Of a stretch of 64,000 nucleotides of DNA, positions 46,089 to 55,735 are shown one piece after another. Both the position numbers and the translations under genes were made by a program. The stretch is from the IMG/VR virus record IMGVR_UViG_3300035698_027074; one strand, 5' to 3'. The stretch is from a virus (lineage: Duplodnaviria > Heunggongvirae > Uroviricota > Caudoviricetes). The notes under the pieces were generated by a model, which was not told the origin of the DNA, made no database searches, and saw nothing but the letters and a program-made list of their open reading frames with translations. Numbering within the stretch: the first letter of the stretch is position 1; each line of letters opens with the position of its first letter.

Positions 46089-46388
46089 ATGTTAACATTG
46101 AAAAGTCCATATTATTTCTCATTAAGAGAAGTTAAATTATACTGTTCTAAACTACACTTAAGTACAAAAATTGCAAAAAAATCAAAGAAAATGATGGATA
46201 AGATACGGTCAAATGGTGGAATAGATGGTACATCACCAAAATCATGGTTAGCAGCATCAATATATATTTCTGCAAGTTCAGAGAATGAAATAAGGACACA
46301 AGAAGAACTTTCAGATATAATGTGTTGTGGAAAAAGTACTATAAATGGTAAAATAAAAAGAGTTCTAGAAATCAGTCAGAAATGGTAA
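46089..46388 (+). CDS. Standalone TFB/TFIIB second-cyclin-repeat protein (99 aa)
   Basis: YCSKLHLSTKIAKKSKKMMDKIRSNGGIDGTSPKSWLAASIYISASSENEIRTQEELSDIM...TINGKIKRVLE aligns with the TFB C-terminal repeat (GRSPISVAAAAIYMASQ...KRTQKEIGDIAGV...TIRQSYRLI). It has no zinc ribbon, B-reader or first cyclin repeat, and there is an in-frame stop 12 nt upstream. Confidence 0.55.
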   Translation: MLTLKSPYYFSLREVKLYCSKLHLSTKIAKKSKKMMDKIRSNGGIDGTSPKSWLAASIYISASSENEIRTQEELSDIMCCGKSTINGKIKRVLEISQKW

Positions 46389-47354
46389 TTACCAATTTTG
46401 ACATTTGTTTATTAACCATTCATCAGATATTGAACATTGTTGCATTGTTCTAATTGGATTCTTGTAATAAACATCATAATCCAGACATTCTGTTGGATAC
46501 ATTACACCACGTGTTGACTCTACAAACACCCACCCTTTATCTGGTAACCAAGAAGATAACCATGAATGTCCACCACCAGCTACTAACATTACACCATCTT
46601 CCATCTTTGATGGTCCTACCAAAGAAATTGTCGTCAATTCAGGACATCTACCACTAGGTTTTACACAACCAGTATTTTGATGTGATGCTATCCCCATACA
46701 CCTGAGTAATGCTAAGTTTACTCTTGACATTGTTGAACATACACCCTTGCCAACTTCTATTATACCTGTAGCATCAGTGTCTCTACAATAACTGAGTGAA
46801 TAGATTTCATCTGACAAGTCATATTTTATATTGTTTCTTGTCCATGAGATGGTATTTCTTATTGACTGTTCTGGGTCATCATCGACTCTTAATTCATTTA
46901 CTAGATTTTGTATTGTTTCATCAGAACAACTGAACATATTTTCTTCCAAATAAGAATCTGATATTGAATATTCTAACATGTTGTTCCTATATTCATCTGA
47001 AAAGATTTCCTTTCTTTCACATGTTGAAGTATAGTCTGGTAACCACTCACTATTGAAACAAATATATGGTATATTTCCAAAACAATCCCTTTGCCCTTCA
47101 TAACAATCTATTGAATAACAACTACCATCAAGGCAATTTCCTCCACAAACATCAACTACAACATAACCAACATTCTCCTTACAATACAAAACAAAATTAC
47201 CAGCACATGCGTATTCTCCCACTTCACAATCCATATCTTGGTAACTTATTAACTTCAATCTATAATAAATGAATAAACCACCGAGTATTATAATCACTGG
47301 TATTAAGATTAAAAATACTTTTTTGAATTTTTTATCCTTAGACTTCTTTGCCAT
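46389..47354 (-). CDS. Transglutaminase-like Cys-protease-fold protein with N-terminal TM and a Cys-rich ectodomain, 321 aa
   Basis: GVCSTMSRVNLALLRCMGIASH (the Cys of the TGase core) and later GGGHSWLSSWL...GWVFVESTRG (the His/Asp part). Confidence 0.55.
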   Translation of the reverse strand: MAKKSKDKKFKKVFLILIPVIIILGGLFIYYRLKLISYQDMDCEVGEYACAGNFVLYCKENVGYVVVDVCGGNCLDGSCYSIDCYEGQRDCFGNIPYICFNSEWLPDYTSTCERKEIFSDEYRNNMLEYSISDSYLEENMFSCSDETIQNLVNELRVDDDPEQSIRNTISWTRNNIKYDLSDEIYSLSYCRDTDATGIIEVGKGVCSTMSRVNLALLRCMGIASHQNTGCVKPSGRCPELTTISLVGPSKMEDGVMLVAGGGHSWLSSWLPDKGWVFVESTRGVMYPTECLDYDVYYKNPIRTMQQCSISDEWLINKCQNW

Positions 47355-47433
47355 GTATAATTATTGTAATAAGAAATATTTAAATATTAGTGATGTTATA
47401 TAATTAATTAGTTAATTAGTTGGAGGTAATAAT

Positions 47434-47640
47434 ATGGTAAGAAAATCAAACAGAAAGACCTACAAAAAGAAAACTACAGCTAAGAATGCTAGGAAGAAAG
47501 GTCAGTCTCTTTATAAAGTAAAGGGTGGATACAGATTGACTAAACCAAGAAGAACAAAGAGAAGAACTACTAGAAGAAAAACCACAAGGAGAAGGACTAC
47601 AAAGAGAAAATCCACTAGAAGAAGGTCAAAAAGAAGGTAA
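47434..47640 (+). CDS. Protamine/histone H1-like extremely basic protein (68 aa) with RRTT/KRK repeats
   Basis: SD GGAGGT upstream; MVRKSNRKTYKKKTTAKNARKKG...RRTKRRTTRRKTTRRRTTKRKSTRRRSKRR. Confidence 0.5.
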   Translation: MVRKSNRKTYKKKTTAKNARKKGQSLYKVKGGYRLTKPRRTKRRTTRRKTTRRRTTKRKSTRRRSKRR

Positions 47641-47744
47641 GTAGATGATTTTAATGGGTCTTGGAAATCTAAATGACCGATTTAGGTTTGTTTAGGTTGA
47701 AGAGTAACCCTCTATTCTACTCCTTATAACTAGGTGTCTTTCAA

Positions 47745-48500
47745 ATGAAAAAGAAAAAAAATAGAAAGTGGTTAATTGTTGTTTTATTTATATTTTTCAT
47801 TGGTATTTCTCTTTCTCTCATAAAATTTTTTAATGTTGACTTACCATTTGAAATAAAATGGACTGGTGGTGTTGTAACACATCCTCCAAGTATATGTGAT
47901 GACGTGTCCGTAGAGGATATTTGTGTCAGATGTGTAAAGGAAGATACAAAATATAAATGTTCCTTTGAATTGATAGAAGAAAATGACTGGTATGTTGAAA
48001 GTGGTGATGAAAATTACTATTGTTCACCAACAAGTGCTTTTGAAGATGGAAAGGAAAAGACTTTCATTTGTAGTAATGAAGATTGTTTAAATGATGTTTA
48101 TAATGAAGTTAAGAAATGTACTGGTTCGTATGGACAAGCATATAAAATAGAACAACTGTATGTCAAAGACGAAGATATGCAGAGAATTAAAGAAGGGATT
48201 GAATTAGATAGTGGTGAATATAAACTTTATATAACTGGTGGAACTGAAAGATTTCATAAACTAAAATTTTATGTTGATTTATGTGATGATTCAGATGGTA
48301 TTTATTGTGTTCAAATAAGAATGGAAGGAAGAAAGGGTGTTTTCCCTGAATCATGTTCAATAACTGACAATATTGGATTTGGAACATCGGAAGAAGTTAC
48401 CCTTGTTCCTGGTGTCAGAGAAGTTTTCCTAAAGGTCAATACTCCAACGAAATTGAAAGTATGTGATGTCTACGCAGAAGGGATTTACCTATGGGATTAA
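47745..48500 (+). CDS. Membrane-anchored Cys-rich extracellular protein (251 aa)
   Basis: N-terminal TM LIVVLFIFFIGISLSLI then 14 Cys. Confidence 0.5.
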   Translation: MKKKKNRKWLIVVLFIFFIGISLSLIKFFNVDLPFEIKWTGGVVTHPPSICDDVSVEDICVRCVKEDTKYKCSFELIEENDWYVESGDENYYCSPTSAFEDGKEKTFICSNEDCLNDVYNEVKKCTGSYGQAYKIEQLYVKDEDMQRIKEGIELDSGEYKLYITGGTERFHKLKFYVDLCDDSDGIYCVQIRMEGRKGVFPESCSITDNIGFGTSEEVTLVPGVREVFLKVNTPTKLKVCDVYAEGIYLWD

Positions 48501-48547
48501 TTTAAATATTAGAATACATATATAATTAATTAGTTACTGGTGATTAT

Positions 48548-48748
48548 ATGTGTGGAATTTGTGGAGTTATAAATTTAAAGGGTCTTACAAAGCATGACCT
48601 AGATTATTTTACTGAAGTTTTAAAGAAATCTACTCCTAGAGGGACTGATGCTTCTGGTGTTGCGGTACAAAGTTTATCATATACAAAATCTAGTGTACCA
48701 TCAACTAAATTGGTTAAAACTGACCAGATAAATATAAACCCAGCCTGA
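48548..48748 (+). pseudogene. N-terminal remnant (66 aa) of a class II glutamine amidotransferase / asparagine synthetase (AsnB-like)
   Basis: MCGICGVINLKG...KSTPRGTDASGVAV matches the AsnB N-terminus (MCGI.G......RGPD.SG). The ORF ends after 66 codons with no continuation in any frame. Confidence 0.5.
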
Positions 48749-48864
48749 CACGTCTGTTCATACTGGGGACTTTATAATTATAATTAAATTCCTATATATA
48801 AATAACCATATTAAAAAATAAAAAAAAGAAAAAAAGTCAATTTGGACTAATGTCCATACGTCAG

Positions 48865-51105
48865 TTACAATGGTGTTATTACTGCGGTTTGAAGTGATGT
48901 ACCCTCAATCTTAACTCCTGCGGAATTAAAATCAAGATAATCTTCATATTTCTGTGCAATTTCAGATGCTAGTCTTGTCTCTTCTTTCTCGTACCCTGCT
49001 ATTAGAGTTACTGTTTTACCTTCGGTAAATGCGTCTTCTACAACAAGAATGTACCCTGTGTTGTCAACCCATGCTGAACCCCCACATTTGAAAGTCTCGT
49101 CTAATTTACCTGTATCAACTAATTGTTGAGCTAGGTCATTAGCACAAGGACCCCCAACTAAAACGAGGTTTCTGTCTTTCAAACCAGCTTCATTGTCTAG
49201 TTTTCCAACAGATTGTTTCATTGGATTGATTGTTTCCTTAGTACATCCAGATTCTTCAACGTCTGGTTTACCAAAATATGTCTCTACTTCCAAGTCTTTT
49301 GATGGAACTCTGAAAACTACTGAATCATCTTCACTATTTTCTTCAGGAGAAAGTAAAATTAATCCTGAGTCATCTAATATTTCATTCAAGTCTTCATCAC
49401 CAACATCATAACTTGTTCCTTCAGACATTACTGTTACATCTGTATCTTCTGCAGAACTATCTATTCCGAGTTTGAATTCAGGTGGTTGTGTTGTTGTCCA
49501 TGCATCTGATTTCATATAATCAAATGTCATCCCTCCTACTGAGAACATATCTATAATATCTGAGTTTGTTCCTGTTTCAGAAACACCAACATCTAGACTA
49601 TATGATACATCCCCTACACTTCCATAATTCAGTTCAAATGAATAAACTGTAGATGGATTTCCTGTGTTCAAAATCTCTTCAGATTCGAGAACAATTTTTC
49701 CCATTACATCGTCATAGTATGCAAAGTAAACAGGATAATCTGTTCCTGATACTTCACCAAACAAGACGTAGGCTTTTGAATAACCTGTTCCTGATGGGTC
49801 TACAATTGTTCCACTAACATCAGAGATAATCTCAAAACCGTTAGTTCCTGTTACATAACTTGTTCCACTTGGTAAGTAAATTCTTCTAGAGTCAATAGGT
49901 TCAACTTTAACTTCAGCAAATTTGTCTGTGTTAAAACCAAGAAATCCTAATTCACCAAAATCATTTGGTAATTTGACTTCTGATTCAGACTCGAAATAAA
50001 TCGTGTCTTCTGGTTTATAGACTACTTGAACCGTGTCTCCAACATCAATTACATTGTCCGTTGCAAATCCAATAACTTGGATTCCCCATTCTGTTGTCTC
50101 TGGGAACTCATCCCCATCTTCTACGTCTGCAAAAGTATCGTATATCTTCTCAACAGAACCAGTTTCTCCAACGACTAATTCAACGTATATGTAATCTCCT
50201 GTCTCGAACACTTCAGTTAACTGAATTGTCAAGTCTGCTTCAGATAAATCTTTACTATCACCTATCTTCACAATAGTTGCATCTACTATATTACCACTTT
50301 TGTCTCTTACTTCAACTTTTGCCCAGTCTTCATCACTTCCATATGGAGTGTAAATATCATAATCCCCATATTTTAATGGTGTCGTATCTGTGGCTGAACC
50401 AACTTTTCCCTGTAAAACTTTTATTCTGTTTCCTCCTGTACCAACTATCATGAAATCTTTTCCTAATAGTTGAATACTTACAGGATTTGAATATTCAGGG
50501 TCACTGATTGTTCCTTTTCCATTTGCGTCTGAGAGGTCTAATTGTTTGTCAAAAACATATTCATAAAGAATATCTCCTGAACCAACAACCATCTTTTCCA
50601 TACCATCAATTTTACTTGGACTGACAGCATATCTCATCTCGACTTCGGAAATGTCTATCTGTTCATGGTAATCATAGTCATCTCCTCTCCAAGTGATAAC
50701 ATCATCACTCAATACATCATAATGAAATGTTTTGAGGACTCCATTTCCTGGATAGGAAACACCTAACTTTCCCGATAATGGTATTTCTCTTCTGATACCA
50801 TTTATTACTGCAGTGTCTGTTGACACAACTTCTGTCTCTTTTAAGAGTTCTGGATACCTAGATGCTACATCAAGTGCTCCGATAACATCTGATGTGTGAG
50901 CTTTATGACCCACTACAACATATGTATCAAAATTACTCTCGTCTACCAAATAACTTGGATAGTCTTGTATTACTGTTCCCTGTGATAATATCACAAGGTC
51001 TTCACCACTTGTCCCTCCGCCTGTACCATCCGCTAATGCAATAGTACCAAACGAACTGACGATTGTCATTACTGACAATACCAGTGCTAAGATTTTATCT
51101 TTCAT
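48865..51105 (-). CDS. Large secreted acidic surface protein (746 aa), candidate S-layer/surface glycoprotein
   Basis: Signal peptide MKDKILALVLSVMTIVSSFGTIALA; very D/E/T/S/G-rich, predicted beta-rich; no internal TM. Confidence 0.5.
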   Translation of the reverse strand: MKDKILALVLSVMTIVSSFGTIALADGTGGGTSGEDLVILSQGTVIQDYPSYLVDESNFDTYVVVGHKAHTSDVIGALDVASRYPELLKETEVVSTDTAVINGIRREIPLSGKLGVSYPGNGVLKTFHYDVLSDDVITWRGDDYDYHEQIDISEVEMRYAVSPSKIDGMEKMVVGSGDILYEYVFDKQLDLSDANGKGTISDPEYSNPVSIQLLGKDFMIVGTGGNRIKVLQGKVGSATDTTPLKYGDYDIYTPYGSDEDWAKVEVRDKSGNIVDATIVKIGDSKDLSEADLTIQLTEVFETGDYIYVELVVGETGSVEKIYDTFADVEDGDEFPETTEWGIQVIGFATDNVIDVGDTVQVVYKPEDTIYFESESEVKLPNDFGELGFLGFNTDKFAEVKVEPIDSRRIYLPSGTSYVTGTNGFEIISDVSGTIVDPSGTGYSKAYVLFGEVSGTDYPVYFAYYDDVMGKIVLESEEILNTGNPSTVYSFELNYGSVGDVSYSLDVGVSETGTNSDIIDMFSVGGMTFDYMKSDAWTTTQPPEFKLGIDSSAEDTDVTVMSEGTSYDVGDEDLNEILDDSGLILLSPEENSEDDSVVFRVPSKDLEVETYFGKPDVEESGCTKETINPMKQSVGKLDNEAGLKDRNLVLVGGPCANDLAQQLVDTGKLDETFKCGGSAWVDNTGYILVVEDAFTEGKTVTLIAGYEKEETRLASEIAQKYEDYLDFNSAGVKIEGTSLQTAVITPL

Positions 51106-51245
51106 AGTCCAAAATATTAACCTGACATCCCTATATATCTTTATTGTAACTGTTTCTGAGGAGAATTTAATATTACATAAGACATATTTAAATTTAAAAA
51201 TGGGTTCTTAAAAGTTAGATAAAAGTTTTTAGGTAGATTTAACGT

Positions 51246-52178
51246 TTATATGAAATCTTTCCTCAGTAATGTAACCTTATTTCTCCGACCCATTCTTTCA
51301 ACACCGACTAATTTACGTCTCTCTGATAAATCTTTAATTATCCTACTGACCTTTGCTTTGGAGAAACCACTTTCCTTTACTATTATATTCTGGGAAGTAG
51401 AACCACCATGTTCTTTAATTATTTCCATCACTTTTCTTTCGTAATCATCCAGTATGGATATGACTGATTTTTGTGTCTTTTTGAATTTTATTCTTACATA
51501 AATATATATCGGGATACTAAAAACTAAAACAATTGAGAGTATCAATAATCCCCAGTTCCTTTGTGGTGGATTTATGTATTCATAATACATCAAAATACTT
51601 CTTTCTGGTATCTCTTCCAGTTCCCATATAAGTATGACAGACCTTCCATCACTGACTATTGATGTCTGTTCTGGTGATGAAATCGTATTTTTATGTATTC
51701 CTGCACCCTCTGGTAATTTTATTGTTAAAAGTAATTTATTAAATTCCAAATCTTCACCTATAAAAGCAAGGACTCTATTGGTCTTTATGGTTTCTTCAAC
51801 AACTTGATTGTAAAATTCATATTTTTTTTCAATAAAATCATTTGTTTCATAACTGAATTTTATTGTCTTGATGTCACTTAAGGATGAACACTTCACAAAT
51901 GAACTATATTCAGTTGGATATAATTGGCATCTTTGTTCTGTTTCCAAATCAAATTTAAATTTATCTATCTTTCCTCTTATTAGATAACCAAATTCTGTTT
52001 CATTCTCTGGTAATGTCATTGTTATATCAACAAAAGACCTTCCTTTGTCGTCAATTTCCATGTTCATCTCGAAATAATTCACCCGTTTGTTATCAGGAAC
52101 CAAAACAACTGAATTAACAGAAATAAAAGTAAGCAAAAATAAAAATAAAACTAACTGAAATCTTCTTTGACTTTTCAT
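51246..52178 (-). CDS. Membrane-anchored transcription regulator: signal/TM, an extracytoplasmic domain of about 190 aa, a second TM, and a C-terminal winged HTH (310 aa)
   Basis: TM LLILSIVLVFSIPIYIYV followed by KVMEIIKEHGGSTSQNIIVKESGFSKAKVSRIIKDLSERRKLV (wHTH). Confidence 0.5.
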   Translation of the reverse strand: MKSQRRFQLVLFLFLLTFISVNSVVLVPDNKRVNYFEMNMEIDDKGRSFVDITMTLPENETEFGYLIRGKIDKFKFDLETEQRCQLYPTEYSSFVKCSSLSDIKTIKFSYETNDFIEKKYEFYNQVVEETIKTNRVLAFIGEDLEFNKLLLTIKLPEGAGIHKNTISSPEQTSIVSDGRSVILIWELEEIPERSILMYYEYINPPQRNWGLLILSIVLVFSIPIYIYVRIKFKKTQKSVISILDDYERKVMEIIKEHGGSTSQNIIVKESGFSKAKVSRIIKDLSERRKLVGVERMGRRNKVTLLRKDFI

Positions 52179-52188
52179 GTAATCACTT

Positions 52189-52941
52189 TTAATCGTCAGT
52201 AACTCTTGGTGCTATGATGAATTCCATCAATAATTTGTCTTCAGTTTCAAATTTTATCTTGATTGGATAGTCTTGTGACCATTTTAATTCCACTTCATCA
52301 GATATTTTTGAAGCTTTTGCCACCTTTTCCATATATTCCAATGGGTATTTTGATGTTGTTTTTTCTGGTACAATAAAGTCCTTCACTTGTTCTTTATCTA
52401 ACTTAAGTTCATTTGATGTTAAATCACCACTAGATTTCATTATAAAGTCGTTTTTTTCACCAACTATACTAATTGCATCTGATGTGATTTTTGAATCTTG
52501 TAAACCTTCTTTAAAAACTTCTGAAGACAATTTAACTGTACATTTGAACTCCATATCTTCTATTGGTGGTATTGCCTCTTCTTGTAATTCCAATATTGGT
52601 ATAGTGAATTTTCTTGTCATGTCTCCTGTCATTCCAATCTTCAATTTATTCCCATCTAATTTCATTTCCAGTTTATCATTTGATTTCAATCTTTTCAGAA
52701 CAGATGATAAATTTGTTATATTTAATGACAATTTCGGATTTCCTTCTTGTTCAAATACTTCAAACATCTCTTTTGGCATCTTAAAGTTAACCACTGCTAC
52801 CATTGCCCTGTCTGCTGCTTTGAAGGAAAGACCATCATCCTTGACTTCAAATATACCTTCATCTATTAACTCTCCTATAGTTGTTATAGAATCTTTCAAA
52901 AGACTACTTCTTGTTAATTCACAAATAAATTTTTTAGTCAT
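52189..52941 (-). CDS. pcn: DNA polymerase sliding clamp PCNA, 250 aa
   Basis: Length, N-terminus (MTKKFICELTRSSLLKDSITTIGELIDEGIFEVKDDGLSFKAADRAMVAVVNFKMP) and overall pattern are typical of archaeal PCNA. Confidence 0.7.
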   Translation of the reverse strand: MTKKFICELTRSSLLKDSITTIGELIDEGIFEVKDDGLSFKAADRAMVAVVNFKMPKEMFEVFEQEGNPKLSLNITNLSSVLKRLKSNDKLEMKLDGNKLKIGMTGDMTRKFTIPILELQEEAIPPIEDMEFKCTVKLSSEVFKEGLQDSKITSDAISIVGEKNDFIMKSSGDLTSNELKLDKEQVKDFIVPEKTTSKYPLEYMEKVAKASKISDEVELKWSQDYPIKIKFETEDKLLMEFIIAPRVTDD

Positions 52942-53164
52942 TCTTCTTACCCCCCCTTTTTAAATGTTTATAATAATTATGGACAATTTTCCAGTGCCTT
53001 GAACAATATCCAAATGTTTCTTGTTTTGTTTTGCCCTTGTCCTCGAACTCGACAGTTACGAATTCTTTTGCTGGTCTATCACATTCCTTTTCATCTTCTC
53101 CTTTTCCGACATGAAATGAACAATTCATAAATTCTGGTTTTAAGTCAAATCTCTTTTTATCCAC
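52934..53164 (-). CDS. Hypothetical small Cys/His-containing protein (76 aa)
   Basis: ORF track; overlaps the PCNA start. Confidence 0.35.
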   Translation of the reverse strand: MDKKRFDLKPEFMNCSFHVGKGEDEKECDRPAKEFVTVEFEDKGKTKQETFGYCSRHWKIVHNYYKHLKRGGKKND

Positions 53165-53172
53165 TACACCAC

Positions 53173-53607
53173 CTACTTTCTTAATTCTCTTGTTACATGA
53201 ATAAACAAAGTATTCACTATGTCATTATCTACTTTTTCCATTACTTGTTCACATGCTTTCTTACATTTTGACAAGATATTAGCTGCTTCCGAAACAATAG
53301 TGTCTACATCAGTAATTTCAGATGCTCTTTTCATATCTAATTTCTTCTCTCCTTCTTCCGTTTCTTTTGTCCCTAATGTTGATTGGTTTGGGTTCTTTTC
53401 TATAATTCTAATTTCACCATCTACATTATTGTACTGTCCTGATTTCTTTGAATTGAACTCTATTTTATCTCCGTTCATCAGCCCTTCTGGTATTATACTA
53501 AATGCGGAATACATCACATCCTCTACTTTAAATGTATAGTAACACTTACCTTCTGTTTTTGTTGGTCTTTTTTCCAATTCCTTACATACTCCCCTAATTT
53601 CATCCAT
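53173..53607 (-). CDS. Hypothetical protein (144 aa)
   Basis: ORF track. Confidence 0.4.
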   Translation of the reverse strand: MDEIRGVCKELEKRPTKTEGKCYYTFKVEDVMYSAFSIIPEGLMNGDKIEFNSKKSGQYNNVDGEIRIIEKNPNQSTLGTKETEEGEKKLDMKRASEITDVDTIVSEAANILSKCKKACEQVMEKVDNDIVNTLFIHVTRELRK

Positions 53608-53642
53608 TATTCTTCACCCCTTTTTTTATTATTTTATTGTTG

Positions 53643-54470
53643 TCATTTTTTACTTACTTCTATATTTTTAATAATTTTTTTGATGTCTTTTGGTGTTACT
53701 TTACCCTTCTTGTTTTTAACTTTCTTTACCTCCCTGTCTAACTGGGTAGTTATTGGTACTTTAATATCGTTTGGTATTGAACCTTCGTTTATAATCATGT
53801 TTCGCCTTAGTTTTTTCAAATAGGTTTTATAAGTTTTTCTCTGCCATTCAACACCTTTATACTTAACTCCATTCTTGCCTAAATTAGATATATGTTCATG
53901 AGTTGGGTTCTTGCAATAACCACACATAATATCCTTAATACCATCTAAGTCAAGCCAATCTCTTCCCAATCCTATTATTCCGATATTACCCCAACTAGCA
54001 TATTTGCTTCTTGGTGGTCTGTGTTCTTTAAGAACCCACAGTAATGAGTGAATCCTACCCCATCTCTCATCAATATTTAACCAATCATCTCTAGCTATCA
54101 AGATTTCGAAAGCAGTCTTTGCTATCTGCAATCTTATGTCATATTCATCAACCTTCTTCCAGTGTCTTGTAATTAGTGGTCTCTTATCTATATCTGCCCA
54201 TCTCTTCTTCCGTTGTCTTTCGTGTTTTCTCTTTTCCTCTTTTGTCATTTTTTTGTATTCTTCTCTTTGTTTCTTGAACATATCTACAAACAAATCATTA
54301 TCATGTCTTATTCTAAATATAACTCCAAACCTGTCATCAACATACATATCTACCAATGTCCACATCTTATCTTTACAGTCTTTCCTAATAAAATTATGTT
54401 TCATATGTTTTGTTAAGTGGTAAAAACTAGCTACTCTCTCTTTTTTATCCCAATTTATTTGTTTAACCAT
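53643..54470 (-). CDS. Hypothetical basic protein (275 aa)
   Basis: ORF track; Lys/Arg-rich with a CGYCKNPTHEH motif. Confidence 0.45.
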   Translation of the reverse strand: MVKQINWDKKERVASFYHLTKHMKHNFIRKDCKDKMWTLVDMYVDDRFGVIFRIRHDNDLFVDMFKKQREEYKKMTKEEKRKHERQRKKRWADIDKRPLITRHWKKVDEYDIRLQIAKTAFEILIARDDWLNIDERWGRIHSLLWVLKEHRPPRSKYASWGNIGIIGLGRDWLDLDGIKDIMCGYCKNPTHEHISNLGKNGVKYKGVEWQRKTYKTYLKKLRRNMIINEGSIPNDIKVPITTQLDREVKKVKNKKGKVTPKDIKKIIKNIEVSKK

Positions 54471-54770
54471 TTATTTCACACCTCTTTTTAAATATTCAGG
54501 TTCATTGGTTGTTTTCTTGCCTTTTGTCTTGTTTCCAATGAAATCAACAAATATAAATCCTATTGGAGTAAAGTAAAAAAACATTCCCATAACACATAAA
54601 AATAAACCTGTAATTCCTATTATATCAAATCCAGTTATAGGTGTATTCAAGTAATTACCACCACCTATTATTTTAACTAAAATAAGCAAAATGCCTATAA
54701 ACATTAAAAATATACTGACACCATCAGATTTATGTAATATATCATTCATTATTCTAACACCCTTAAACAT
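54471..54770 (-). CDS. Small membrane protein (99 aa)
   Basis: Three TM helices. Confidence 0.4.
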   Translation of the reverse strand: MFKGVRIMNDILHKSDGVSIFLMFIGILLILVKIIGGGNYLNTPITGFDIIGITGLFLCVMGMFFYFTPIGFIFVDFIGNKTKGKKTTNEPEYLKRGVK

Positions 54771-55300
54771 ATATTTTTTGAATACTTATCACAAACAACT
54801 CCTTGTAGTTCATCATAAGTTACATTTTCTTTTATTAATTTGTTATCAAAATAACAATCATACGTCCACTTACATTCGGGAATTCTAATCAAGAATCTAA
54901 GTAATGCCATACATGGAATTTGTTTTGTTTGTTCAAATCCTTCTATAACTGGGGTTTTTATTGTTATATTTGCTCCTTCCATAACTCTTGTTTCAGTAAA
55001 TCTTCTTGAACCAACGACATAGTCTTCTCTATGATTTACTTGGTTACATTCCACGATTAAACCCCCCATATCGGTAACATAACCATTATCACAGTTTACT
55101 TCATAGGAATATGAGAATGGAACATTTTCCAAAGGTTCATAATTATAATCCCTGAATTCTACATCTATATCTATTTCATTTATTTCACATCTTGGAAAGT
55201 CAAATTCAACTTCTGGAATTGTTTTTTTAGTACACCCACTAAGTAAAAGAATTCCAATTATTGATAATATAATTAATATTCTTTTCATTCTAACTACCAT
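54749..55300 (-). CDS. Cys-rich lipoprotein-like secreted protein (183 aa)
   Basis: MKRILIILSIIGILLLSGCTKK (lipobox-like LSGC). The N-terminus is paralogous to that of 61857..62528. Confidence 0.45.
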   Translation of the reverse strand: MVVRMKRILIILSIIGILLLSGCTKKTIPEVEFDFPRCEINEIDIDVEFRDYNYEPLENVPFSYSYEVNCDNGYVTDMGGLIVECNQVNHREDYVVGSRRFTETRVMEGANITIKTPVIEGFEQTKQIPCMALLRFLIRIPECKWTYDCYFDNKLIKENVTYDELQGVVCDKYSKNICLRVLE

Positions 55301-55504
55301 TATCCAGTATTTTATCTTTCTCTATTACCTTTTTAAGTCTTTTTTTAATATCATCAACAGAAAGTTTACAGTCATGAACTGGAAGTGTCTTACTTCCTAT
55401 CTGTGTTTTACCATCTATAATTCCTTGAATAATAATTTGATGAGTTTTATTTTTTTCAACTGTTACCATACATTCACCCATAAAAAATAAAAAAAGAAAA
55501 AAAA

Positions 55505-55735
55505 TTATTTCCTTTTTGATACTCTCTTTTGATTACGTCCTGTTCTTGACACCCTTCTTCTTTGAGTTCTTTTTGCAACTCTTTTCTTCACTACTCTCTT
55601 TTTAGGTTTCAATTTTTCTCTTCTCTTTTTTGTCCTATAACTTCTTAAAGTATCTGTTAGAAGTCTTGTCTCTGCTCTATTGAGTGGTTCAACTCTTGGA
55701 CCACCTGTTTTTCTTTCATGTACTAGAAATCCCAT
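55505..55735 (-). CDS. Small very basic protein (76 aa), possible nucleic-acid-binding or ribosomal-like
   Basis: HERKTGGPRVEPLNRAETRLL... then a KRK-rich tail. Confidence 0.4.
   Translation of the reverse strand: MGFLVHERKTGGPRVEPLNRAETRLLTDTLRSYRTKKRREKLKPKKRVVKKRVAKRTQRRRVSRTGRNQKRVSKRK

Noticed and set aside
52484-52963. Plus-strand 159-aa ORF overlapping PCNA
   Set aside because: It is antisense to the well-supported PCNA reading frame. Its Ser/Ile/Phe-rich composition and lack of motifs are typical of a shadow ORF.
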